From Eledone cirrhosa (lineage: Eukaryota), in assembly GCA_964016885.1 (NCBI GenBank), contig OZ024741.1, positions 237,894,001-237,958,000 on the forward strand: 64,000 nt of DNA, in the 5' to 3' direction. Shown piece after piece: positions 11,978-26,100 of this stretch. The position numbers and the translations under genes were made by a program. How positions within the stretch are numbered: the first letter of the stretch is position 1; each line of letters starts with the position of its first letter. The notes beneath the pieces were generated by a model that saw only the letters and a list, made by a program, of their open reading frames with translations, was not told where the DNA came from and made no database searches.

Positions 11978-12159
11978 AACAGTATTTCAATAGAAGGGAA
12001 ATCAGGAAATAATACAAAGCAATGTGTCTGCCTTTGCCTGATGCTGATTCAAATATCACTAACACTTCTATGAACACATGATGTGTTTGCGCCTGTACTA
12101 TAGGGCTATATGTTATATATACTATAGTATAGGTGTCTATAGTATAGTTGACTTTCAGA

Positions 12160-15100
12160 GACAATACTGTACAGTGACAATACTGTACAGTGACTATACT
12201 GTACAGTGACAATACTGTACAGTGATTATTCTGTACAGTGACTATACTGTACAGTGACAATACTGTACAGTGACGATACTGTACAGTGACAATACTGTAC
12301 AGTGACAATACTGTACAGTGACTATACTGTACAGTGACTATACTGTACAGTGACTATACTGTACATTGACTATACTATACAGTGACTATACTGTACAGTG
12401 ACTATACTGGACAGTGACTATACTGTACAGTGACAATACTGTACAGTGACTATACTGTACAGTGACTATACTGTACAGTGACAATACTGTACATTGACAA
12501 TACTGTACAGTGACAATACTGTACAGTGACAATACTGTATAGTGACTATACTGTACAGTGACAATACTGTACATTGACTATACTGTACATTGACAATACT
12601 GTACAGTGACAATACTGTACAGTGACAATACTGTACAGTGACAATACTGTACAGTGACAATACTGTACAGTGACTATACTGTACAGTGACTATACTGTAC
12701 AGTGACAATACTGTACAGTGACAATACTGTACATTGACTATACTGTACATTGACAATACTGTACAGTGACAATACTGTACAGTGACAATACTGTACATTG
12801 ACAATACTGTACAGTGACAATACTGTACAGTGACAATACTGTACAGTGACAATACTGTACAGTGACAATACTGTACAGTGACAATACTGTACAGTGACTA
12901 TACTGTACAGTGACTATACTGTACAGTGACTATACTGTACAGTGACAATACTGTACAGTGACTATACTGTACAGTGACTATACTGTACAGTGACAATACT
13001 GTACAGTGACAATACTGTACAGTGACAATACTATACAGTGACAATACTGTACAGTGACTATACTGTACAGTGACAATACTGTACAGTGACTATACTGTAT
13101 AGTGACTATACTGTACAGTGACAATACTGTACAGTGACTATACTGTACAGTGACTATACTGTACAGTGACAATACTGTACATTGACAATACTGTACAGTG
13201 ACAATACTGTATAGTGACTATACTGTACAGTGACAATACTGTACATTGACTATACTGTACATTGACAATACTGTACAGTGACAATACTGTACAGTGACAA
13301 TACTGTACATTGACTATACTGTACATTGACAATACTGTACAGTGACAATACTGTACAGTGACAATACTGTACAGTGACTATACTGTACAGTGACTATACT
13401 GTACAGTGACAATACTGTACAGTGACAATACTGTACAGTGACAATACTGTACAGTGACAATACTATACAGTGACAATACTGTACAGTGACTATACTGTAC
13501 AGTGACAATACTGTACAGTGACTATACTGTATAGTGACTATACTGTACAGTGACAATACTGTACAGTGACTATACTGTACAGTGACTATACTGTACAGTG
13601 ACAATACTGTACAGTGACAATACTGTATAGTGACTATACTGTACAGTGACAATACTGTACAGTGACTATACTGTACAGTGACTATACTGTACAGTGACAA
13701 TACTGTACAGTGACAATACTGTACAGTGACTATACTGTACAGTGACTATACTGTACAGTGACAATACTGTACAGTGACTATACTGTACAGTGACTATACT
13801 GTACAGTGACAATACTGTACAGTGACTATACTGTACAGTGACTATACTATACAGTGACTATACTGTACAGTGACTATACTGTACAGTGACAATACTGTAC
13901 AGTGACAATACTGTACAGTGACTATACTCTGCAGTGACTATACTGTACAGTATAGTCACTGTACAGTATAGTCACTGTATAGTATAGTCACTGTACAGTA
14001 TAGTCACTGTACAGTATAGTCACTGTACAGTATTGTCACTGTACAGTATAGTCACTGTACAGTATTGTCACTGTACAGTATTGTCACTGTACAGTATTGT
14101 CACTGTACAGTATAGTCACTGTACAGTATTGTCAATGTACAGTATAGTCACTGTACAGTATAGTCACTATACAGTATTGTCACTGTACAGTATTGTCACT
14201 GTACAGTATACTCACTGTACAGTATAGTCACTGTACAGTATAGTCACTGTACAGTATAGTCACTGTACTGTATTGTCACTGTACAGTATAGTCACTGTAC
14301 AGTATAGTCACTGTACAGTATAGTCACTGTACAGTATTGTCACTGTACAGTATTGTCACTGTACAGTATAGTCACTGTACAGTATTGTCACTGTACAGTA
14401 TAGTCACTGTACAGTATAGTCACTGTACAGTATTGTCACTGTACAGTATAGTCACTGTACAGTATTGTCACTGTACAGTATTGTCACTGTACAGTATAGT
14501 CACTGTACAGTATAGTCACTGTACAGTATAGTCACTGTACAGTATAGTCACTGTACAGTATTGTCACTGTACAGTATAGTCACTGTACAGTATTGTCACT
14601 GTACAGTATAGTCACTGTACAGTATTGTCACTGTACAGTATAGTCACTGTACAGTATTGTCACTGTACAGTATTGTCACTGTACAGTATTGTCACTGTAC
14701 AGTATAGTCACTGTACAGTATAGTCACTGTACAGTATTGTCACTGTACAGTATTGTCACTGTACAGTATAGTCACTGTACAGTATTGTCACTGTACAGTA
14801 TAGTCACTGTACAGTATTGTCACTGTACAGTATAGTCACTGTACAGTATAGTCACTGTACAGTATAGTCACTGTACAGTATTGTCACTGTACAGTATTGT
14901 CACTGTACAGTATAGTCACTGTACAGTATAGTCACTGTACAGTATTGTCACTGTACAGTATTGTCACTGTACAGTATAGTCACTGTACAGTATTGTCACT
15001 GTACAGTATAGTCACTGTACAGTATAGTCACTGTACAGTATTGTCACTGTACAGTATAGTCACTGTACAGTATTGTCACTGTACAGTATTGTCACTGTAC

Positions 15101-18100
15101 AGTATAGTCACTGTACAGTATAGTCACTGTACAGTATAGTCACTGTACAGTATAGTCACTGTACAGTATTGTCACTGTACAGTATAGTCACTGTACAGTA
15201 TTGTCACTGTACAGTATAGTCACTGTACAGTATAGTCACTGTACAGTATAGTCACTGTACAGTATAGTCACTGTACAGTATAGTCACTGTACAGTATTGT
15301 CACTGTACAGTATAGTCACTGTACAGTATTGTCACTGTACAGTATAGTCACTGTACAGTATAGTCACTGTACAGTATAGTCACTGTACAGTATAGTCACT
15401 GTACAGTATAGTCAATGTACAGTATTGTCACTGTACAGTATTGTCTCTGTACAGTATAGTCACTGTACAGTATTGTCACTGTACAGTATTGTCACTGTAC
15501 AGTATTGTCACTGTACAGTATAGTCACTGTACAGTATTGTCACTGTATAGTATTGTCACTGTACAGTATAGTCACTATACAGTATAGTCACTGTACAGTA
15601 TAGTCACTGTACAGTATTGTCACTGTACAGTATAGTCACTGTACAGTATTGTCACTGTACAGTATTGTCACTGTACAGAATTGACACTGTACAGTATAGT
15701 CACTGTACAGTATAGTCACTGTACAGTATTGTCACTGTACAGTATTGTCACTGTACAGTATAGTCACTGTACAGTATTGTCACTGTACAGTATAGTCACT
15801 GTACAGTATTGTCACTGTACAGTATAGTCACTGTACAGTATAGTCACTGTACAGTATAGTCACTGTACAGTATTGTCACTGTACAGTATTGTCACTGTAC
15901 AGTATAGTCACTGTACAGTATAGTCACTGTACAGTATTGTCACTGTACAGTATTGTCACTGTACAGTATAGTCATTGTACAGTATTGTCACTGTACAGTA
16001 TAGTCACTGTACAGTATTGTCACTGTACAGTATAGTCACTGTACAGTATTGTCACTGTACAGTATAGTCACTGTACAGTATAGTCACTGTACAGTATAGT
16101 CACTGTACAGTATAGTCACTGTACAGTATAGTCACTGTACAGTATTGTCACTGTACAGTATAGTCACTGTACAGTATTGTCACTGTACAGTATAGTCACT
16201 GTACAGTATAGTCACTGTACAGTATAGTCACTGTACAGTATAGTCACTGTACAGTATAGTCAATGTACAGTATTGTCACTGTACAGTATTGTCACTGTAC
16301 AGTATAGTCACTGTACAGTATTGTCACTGTACAGTATTGTCACTGTACAGTATTGTCACTGTACAGTATAGTCACTGTACAGTATTGTCACTGTACAGTA
16401 TTGTCACTGTACAGTATTGTCACTGTACAGTATAGTCACTGTACAGTATTGTCACTGTACAGTATTGTCACTGTACAGTATAGTCACTGTAAAGTATAGT
16501 CACTGTACAGTATAGTCACTGTACAGTATAGTCACTGTACAGTATAGTCACTGTACAGTATAGTCACTATACAGTATAGTCACTGTACAGTATAGTCACT
16601 GTACAGTATTGTCACTGTACAGTATAGTCACTGTACAGTATTGTCACTGTACAGTATTGTCACTGTACAGCATTGTCACTGTACAGTATAGTCACTGTAC
16701 AGTATAGTCACTGTACAGTATTGTCACTGTACAGTATTGTCACTGTACAGTATAGTCACTGTACAGTATTGTCACTGTACAGTATAGTCACTGTACAGTA
16801 TTGTCACTGTACAGTATAGTCACTGTACAGTATAGTCACTGTACAGTATAGTCACTGTACAGTATAGTCACTGTACAGTATTGTCACTGTACAGTATTGT
16901 CACTGTACAGTATTGTCACTGTACAGTATAGTCACTGTACAGTATAGTCACTGTACAGTATTGTCACTGTACAGTATTGTCACTGTACAGTATAGTCACT
17001 GTACAGTATTGTCACTGTACAGTATAGTCACTGTACAGTATTGTCACTGTACAGTATAGTCACTGTACAGTATAGTCACTGTACAGTATAGTCACTGTAC
17101 AGTATTGTCACTGTACAGTATTGTCACTGTACAGTATAGTCACTGTACAGTATAGTCACTGTACAGTATTGTCACTGTACAGTATTGTCACTGTACAGTA
17201 TAGTCACTGTACAGTATAGTCACTGTACAGTATAGTCACTGTACAGTATAGTCACTGTACAGTATTGTCACTGTACAGTATAGTCACTGTACAGTATTGT
17301 CACTGTACAGTATTGTCACTGTACAGTATAGTCACTGTACAGTATAGTCACTGTACAGTATAGTCACTGTACAGTATAGTCACTGTACAGTATTGTCACT
17401 GTACAGTATAGTCACTGTACAGTATTGTCACTGTACAGTATAGTCACTGTACAGTATAGTCACTGTACAGTATAGTCACTGTACAGTATAGTCACTGTAC
17501 AGTATAGTCACTGTACAGTATTGTCACTGTACAGTATAGTCACTGTACAGTATTGTCACTGTACAGTATAGTCACTGTACAGTATAGTCACTGTACAGTA
17601 TAGTCACTGTACAGTATAGTCACTGTACAGTATAGTCAATGTACAGTATTGTCACTGTACAGTATTGTCACTGTACAGTATAGTCACTGTACAGTATTGT
17701 CACTGTACAGTATTGTCACTGTACAGTATTGTCACTGTACAGTATAGTCACTGTACAGTATTGTCACTGTATAGTATTGTCACTGTACAGTATAGTCACT
17801 ATACAGTATAGTCACTGTACAGTATAGTCACTGTACAGTATAGTCACTGTACAGTATTGTCACTGTACAGTATTGTCACTGTACAGTATAGTCACTGTAC
17901 AGTATAGTCACTGTACAGTATAGTCACTGTACAGTATTGTCACTGTACAGTATAGTCACTGTAAAGTATAGTCACTGTACAGTATTGTCACTGTATAGTA
18001 TTGTCACTGTACAGTATAGTCACTGTACAGTATTGTCACTGTACTGTATTGTCACTGTACAGTATTGTCACTGTCCAGTATTGTCACTGTACAGTATTGT

Positions 18101-21100
18101 CACTGTACAGTATTGTCACTGTACAGTATTGTCACTGTACAGTATAGTCACTGTACAGTATAGTCACTGTACAGTATAGTCACTGTACACTATTGTCACT
18201 GTACAGTATTGTCACTGTACAGTATAATCACTGTACAGTATAGTCACTGTACAGTATAATCACTGTACAGTATAGTCACTGTACAGTATAGTCACTGTAT
18301 AGTATTGTCACTGTACAGTATTGTCACTGTACAGTATTGTCACTGTACAGTATTGTCACTGTACAGTATTGTCACTGTACAGTATAGTCACTGTACAGTA
18401 TTGTCACTGTACAGTATAGTCACTGTAAAGTATAGTCACTGTACAGTATTGTCACTGTATAGTATTGTCACTGTACAGTATAGTCACTGTACAGTATTGT
18501 CACTGTACTGTATTGTCACTGTACAGTATTGTCACTGTCCAGTATTGTCACTGTACAGTATTGTCACTGTACAGTATTGTCACTGTACAGTATTGTCACT
18601 GTACAGTATAGTCACTGTACAGTATAGTCACTGTACAGTATAGTCACTGTATAGTATTGTCACTGTACAGTATTGTCACTGTAAAGTATAGTCACTGTAC
18701 AGTATAGTCACTGTATAGTATTGTCACTGTACAGTATTGTCACTGTACAGTATTGTCACTGTACAGTATTGTCACTGTACAGTATTGTCACTGTACAGTA
18801 TTGTCACTGTACAGTATTGTCACTGTACAGTATAGTCACTGTACAGTATTGTCACTGTACAGTATAGTCACTGTAAAGTATAGTCACTGTACAGTATAGT
18901 CACTGTATAGTATTGTCACTGTACAGTATTGTCACTGTACAGTATTGTCACTGTACAGTATTGTCACTGTACAGTATTGTCACTGTACAGTATTGTCACT
19001 GCACAGTATTGTCACTGTACAGTATAGTCACTGTACAGTATTGTCACTGTACAGTATAGTCACTGTACAGTATAGTCACTGTACAGTATAGTCACTGTAC
19101 AGTATTGTCACTGTACAGTATTGTCACTGTACAGTATAGTCACTGTACAGTATTGTCACTGTACAGTATAGTCACTGTACAGTATAGTCACTGTACAGTA
19201 TAGTCACTGTACAGTATTGTCACTGTACAGTATAGTCACTGTACAGTATAGTCACTGTACAGTATAGTCACTGTTTAGTATTGTCACTGTACAGTATAGT
19301 CACTGTACAGTATAATCACTGTACAGTATTGTCACTGTACAGTATAGTCACTGTACAGTATAGTCACTGTACAGTATAGTCACTGTACAGTATAGTCACT
19401 GTACAGTATTGTCACTGTACAGTATAGTCACTGTACAGTATAGTCACTGTACAGTATAGTCACTGTACAGTATAGTCACTGTACAGTATAGTCACTGTAC
19501 AGTATTGTCACTGTACAGTATAGTCACTGTACAGTATAGTCACTGTACAGTATAGTCACTGTATAGTATAGTCACTGTACAGTATAGTCACTGTACAGTA
19601 TTGTCACTGTACAGTATTGTCACTGTACAGTATAGTCACTGTACAGTATAGTCACTGTACAGTATAGTCACTGTACAGTATTGTCACTGTACAGTATAGT
19701 CACTGTAAAGTATAGTCACTGTACAGTATTGTCACTGTATAGTATTGTCACTGTACAGTATAGTCACTGTACAGTATTGTCACTGTACAGTATTGTCACT
19801 GTACAGTATTGTCACTGTACAGTATTGTCACTGTACAGTATAGTCACTGTACAGTATTGTCACTGTACAGTATAGTCACTGTAAAGTATAGTCACTGTAC
19901 AGTATTGTCACTGTATAGTATTGTCACTGTACAGTATAGTCACTGTACAGTATTGTCACTGTACTGTATTGTCACTGTACAGTATTGTCACTGTCCAGTA
20001 TTGTCACTGTACAGTATTGTCACTGTACAGTATTGTCACTGTACAGTATTGTCACTGTACAGTATAGTCACTGTACAGTATAGTCACTGTACAGTATAGT
20101 CACTGTATAGTATTGTCACTGTACAGTATTGTCACTGTAAAGTATAGTCACTGTACAGTATAGTCACTGTATAGTATTGTCACTGTACAGTATTGTCACT
20201 GTACAGTATTGTCACTGTACAGTATTGTCACTGTACAGTATTGTCACTGTACAGTATTGTCACTGTACAGTATTGTCACTGTACAGTATAGTCACTGTAC
20301 AGTATTGTCACTGTACAGTATAGTCACTGTAAAGTATAGTCACTGTACAGTATAGTCACTGTATAGTATTGTCACTGTACAGTATTGTCACTGTACAGTA
20401 TTGTCACTGTACAGTATTGTCACTGTACAGTATTGTCACTGTACAGTATTGTCACTGCACAGTATTGTCACTGTACAGTATAGTCACTGTACAGTATTGT
20501 CACTGTACAGTATAGTCACTGTACAGTATAGTCACTGTACAGTATAGTCACTGTACAGTATTGTCACTGTACAGTATTGTCACTGTACAGTATAGTCACT
20601 GTACAGTATTGTCACTGTACAGTATAGTCACTGTACAGTATAGTCACTGTACAGTATAGTCACTGTACAGTATTGTCACTGTACAGTATAGTCACTGTAC
20701 AGTATAGTCACTGTACAGTATAGTCACTGTTTAGTATTGTCACTGTACAGTATAGTCACTGTACAGTATAATCACTGTACAGTATTGTCACTGTACAGTA
20801 TAGTCACTGTACAGTATAGTCACTGTACAGTATAGTCACTGTACAGTATAGTCACTGTACAGTATTGTCACTGTACAGTATAGTCACTGTACAGTATAGT
20901 CACTGTACAGTATAGTCACTGTACAGTATAGTCACTGTACAGTATAGTCACTGTACAGTATTGTCACTGTACAGTATAGTCACTGTACAGTATAGTCACT
21001 GTACAGTATAGTCACTGTATAGTATAGTCACTGTACAGTATAGTCACTGTACAGTATTGTCACTGTACAGTATTGTCACTGTACAGTATAGTCACTGTAC

Positions 21101-24100
21101 AGTATAGTCACTGTACAGTATAGTCACTGTACAGTATTGTCACTGTACAGTATAGTCACTGTAAAGTATAGTCACTGTACAGTATTGTCACTGTATAGTA
21201 TTGTCACTGTACAGTATAGTCACTGTACAGTATTGTCACTGTACTGTATTGTCACTGTACAGTATTGTCACTGTCCAGTATTGTCACTGTACAGTATTGT
21301 CACTGTACAGTATTGTCACTGTACAGTATTGTCACTGTACAGTATAGTCACTGTACAGTATAGTCACTGTACAGTATAGTCACTGTACACTATTGTCACT
21401 GTACAGTATTGTCACTGTACAGTATAATCACTGTACAGTATAGTCACTGTACAGTATAATCACTGTACAGTATAGTCACTGTACAGTATAGTCACTGTAT
21501 AGTATTGTCACTGTACAGTATTGTCACTGTACAGTATTGTCACTGTACAGTATTGTCACTGTACAGTATTGTCACTGTACAGTATAGTCACTGTACAGTA
21601 TTGTCACTGTACAGTATAGTCACTGTAAAGTATAGTCACTGTACAGTATTGTCACTGTATAGTATTGTCACTGTACAGTATAGTCACTGTACAGTATTGT
21701 CACTGTACTGTATTGTCACTGTACAGTATTGTCACTGTCCAGTATTGTCACTGTACAGTATTGTCACTGTACAGTATTGTCACTGTACAGTATTGTCACT
21801 GTACAGTATAGTCACTGTACAGTATAGTCACTGTACAGTATAGTCACTGTATAGTATTGTCACTGTACAGTATTGTCACTGTAAAGTATAGTCACTGTAC
21901 AGTATAGTCACTGTATAGTATTGTCACTGTACAGTATTGTCACTGTACAGTATTGTCACTGTACAGTATTGTCACTGTACAGTATTGTCACTGTACAGTA
22001 TTGTCACTGTACAGTATTGTCACTGTACAGTATAGTCACTGTACAGTATTGTCACTGTACAGTATAGTCACTGTAAAGTATAGTCACTGTACAGTATAGT
22101 CACTGTATAGTATTGTCACTGTACAGTATTGTCACTGTACAGTATTGTCACTGTACAGTATTGTCACTGTACAGTATTGTCACTGTACAGTATTGTCACT
22201 GCACAGTATTGTCACTGTACAGTATAGTCACTGTACAGTATTGTCACTGTACAGTATAGTCACTGTACAGTATAGTCACTGTACAGTATAGTCACTGTAC
22301 AGTATTGTCACTGTACAGTATTGTCACTGTACAGTATAGTCACTGTACAGTATTGTCACTGTACAGTATAGTCACTGTACAGTATAGTCACTGTACAGTA
22401 TAGTCACTGTACAGTATTGTCACTGTACAGTATAGTCACTGTACAGTATAGTCACTGTACAGTATAGTCACTGTTTAGTATTGTCACTGTACAGTATAGT
22501 CACTGTACAGTATAATCACTGTACAGTATTGTCACTGTACAGTATAGTCACTGTACAGTATAGTCACTGTACAGTATTGTCACTGTACAGTATAGTCACT
22601 GTACAGTATAGTCACTGTACAGTATAGTCACTGTACAGTATAGTCACTGTACAGTATAGTCACTGTACAGTATTGTCACTGTACAGTATAGTCACTGTAC
22701 AGTATAGTCACTGTACAGTATAGTCACTGTATAGTATTGTCACTGTACAGTATAGTCACTGTACAGTATAATCACTGTACAGTATTGTCACTGTACAATA
22801 TTGTCACTGTACAGTATTGTCACTGTACAGTATAGTCACTGTACAGTATTGTCACTGTTCAGTATTGTCACTGTACAGTATAGTCACTGTACAGTATAGT
22901 CACTGTACAGTATAGTCACTGTACAGTATAATCACTGTACAGTATTGTCACTGTACAGTATTGTCACTGTACAGTATAGTCACTGTACAGTATTGTCACT
23001 GTACAGTATTGTCACTGTACAGTATAGTCACTGTACAGTATTGTCACTGTACAGTATAGTCACTGTACAGTATAATCACTGTACAGTATTGTCACTGTAC
23101 AGTATTGTCACTGTACAGTATTGTCACTGTACAGTATAGTCACTGTACAGTATTGTCACTGTACAGTATTGTCACTGTACAGTATAGTCACTGTACAGTA
23201 TAATCACTGTACAGTATTGTCACTGTACAGTATTGTCACTATACAGTATTGTCACTGTACAGTATAGTCACTGTACAGTATTGTCACTATACAGTATTGT
23301 CACTGTACAGTATTGTCACTGTACAGTATAGTCACTGTACAGTATAATCACTGTACAGTATTGTCACTGTACAGTATTGTCACTGTACAGTATAGTCACT
23401 GTACAGTATTGTCACTGTACAGTATTGTCACTGTACAATATTGTCACTGTACAATATTGTCACTGTACAGTATTGTCACTGTACAGTATAGTCACTGTAC
23501 AGTATTGTCACTGTTCAGTATTGTCACTGTACAGTATAGTCACTGTACAGTATAGTCACTGTACAGTATAGTCACTGTACAGTATAATCACTGTACAGTA
23601 TTGTCACTGTACAGTATTGTCACTGTACAGTATAGTCACTGTACAGTATTGTCACTGTACAGTATTGTCACTGTACAGTATAGTCACTGTACAGTATTGT
23701 CACTGTACAGTATAGTCACTGTACAGTATAATCACTGTACAGTATTGTCACTGTACAGTATTGTCACTGTACAGTATTGTCACTGTACAGTATAGTCACT
23801 GTACAGTATTGTCACTGTACAGTATTGTCACTGTACAGTATAGTCACTGTACAGTATAATCACTGTACAGTATTGTCACTGTACAGTATTGTCACTATAC
23901 AGTATTGTCACTGTACAGTATAGTCACTGTACAGTATTGTCACTATACAGTATTGTCACTGTACAGTATTGTCACTGTACAGTATAGTCACTGTACAGTA
24001 TAATCACTGTACAGTATTGTCACTGTACAGTATTGTCACTGTACAGTATAGTCACTGTACAGTATTGTCACTGTACAGTATTGTCACTGTACAATATTGT

Positions 24101-26100
24101 CACTGTACAGTATTGTCACTGTACAGTATTGTCACTGTACAGTATAGTCACTGTACAGTATAGTCACTGTACAGTATTGTCAGTGTACAGTATAGTCACT
24201 GTACAGTATTGTCACTGTACAGTATAGTCACTGTACAGTATAGTCACTGTACTGTATAGTCACTGTACTGTATTGACACTGTACAGTATTGTCACTGTAC
24301 AGTATAGTCACTGTACAGTATAGTCACTGTACTGTATTGTCACTGTACAGTACTGTCACTGTACAGTATAGTCACTGAACTGTATAGTCACTGTACTGTA
24401 TTGACACTGTACAGTATTGTCACTGTACAGTATAGTCACTGTACAGTATAGTCACTGTATAGTATTGTCACTGTACAGTATTGTCACTGTACAGTATAGT
24501 CACTGTACAGTATAGTCACTGTACAGTATAGTCACTGTACAGTATTGTCACTGTACAGTATAGTCACTGTACAGTATAGTCACTGTACAGTATAGTCACT
24601 GTACAGTATTGTCACTGTACAGTATAGTCACTGTACAGTATTGTCACTGTACAGTATAGTCACTGTACAGTATAGTCACTGTACAGTATAGTCACTGTAC
24701 AGTATTGTCACTGTACAGTATAGTCACTGTACAGTATAGTCACTGTACAGTATAGTCACTGTACAGTATAGTCACTGTACAGTATAGTCACTGTACAGTA
24801 TTGTCACTGTACAGTATAGTCACTGTACAGAATAGTCACTGTACAGTATACTCACTGTACAGTATAGTCACTGTACAGTATAGTCACTGTACAGTATAGT
24901 CACTGTACTGTATTGTCACTGTAGAGTATCGTCACTGTACAGTATAGCCACTGTACAGTATTGTCACGGTATAGTATTGTCACTGTACAGTATAGTCACT
25001 GTATAGTATTGTCACTGTACAGTATTATCACTGTACAGTATAGTCACTGTACAGTATAATCACTGTACAGTATAGTCACTGTACTGTATAGTCACTGTAC
25101 AGTATAATCACTGTACTGTATAGTCACTGTACTGTATTGACACTGTACAGTATTGTCACTGTACAGTATAGTCACTGTACAGTATAGTCACTGTACAGTA
25201 TTGTCACTGTACAGTATTGTCACTGTACAGTATTGTCACTGTACAGTATAGTGACTGTACAGAATAATCACTGTACAGTATAGTCACTGTACAGTATAGT
25301 CACTGTACAGTATAGTCACTGTACAGTATAGTCACTGTACAGTATAGTCACTGTACAGTATTGTCACTGTACAGTATAGTCACTGTACAGTATAGTCACT
25401 GTACAGTATTATCACTGTACAGTATAGTCACTGTACAGTATAGTCACTGTACAGTATAGTCACTGTATAGTATTGTCACTGTACAGTATTGTCACTGTAC
25501 AGTATTGTCACTGTATAGTATAGTCATTGTACGGTATTGTCACTGTACAGTATATTCACTGTATAGTATAGTCATTGTACGGTATTGTCACTGTACAGTA
25601 TAGTCACTGTACAGTATAGTCACTGTACAGTATAGTCACTGTATAGTATTGTCACTGTACAGTATAGTTACTGTACAGTATTGTCACTGTATAGTATAGT
25701 CATTGTACGGTATTGTCACTGTACAGTATATTCACTGTACTGTATTGTCACTGTACAGTAGAGTCACTGTACAGTAGAGTCACTGTACAGTATAGTCACT
25801 GTACAGTATAGACACTGTACAGTAGAGTCACTGTACAGTATAGTCACTGTACAGTATTGTCACTGTACAGTATAGTCACTGTACAGTGACTATACTATAC
25901 AGTGACTATACTATACAGTGACTATACTGTACAGTGACAATACTATACAGTGACTATACTGTACAGTGACTATACTATACAGAGACTATACTGTACAGTG
26001 ACAATACTATACAGTGACTATACTGTACAGTGACTATACTGTACAGAGACTATACTGTACAGTGACAATACTATACAGTGACTATACTGTACAGTGACTA
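12160..26100. repeat. 16-bp satellite, about 870 monomers, in three orientation blocks
   Basis: Monomer ACTGTACAGTGAC(A/T)AT at 12160-13946 and 25883-26100. The reverse complement ACTGTACAGTAT(A/T)GTC occupies 13947-25882. The core ACTGTACAGT is a 10-bp palindrome. Confidence 0.98.

Noticed and set aside
11976-24227. Repeated MSLYSIVTVQY ORFs
   Set aside because: Translations of the 16-bp satellite; stops depend only on the A/T variant.
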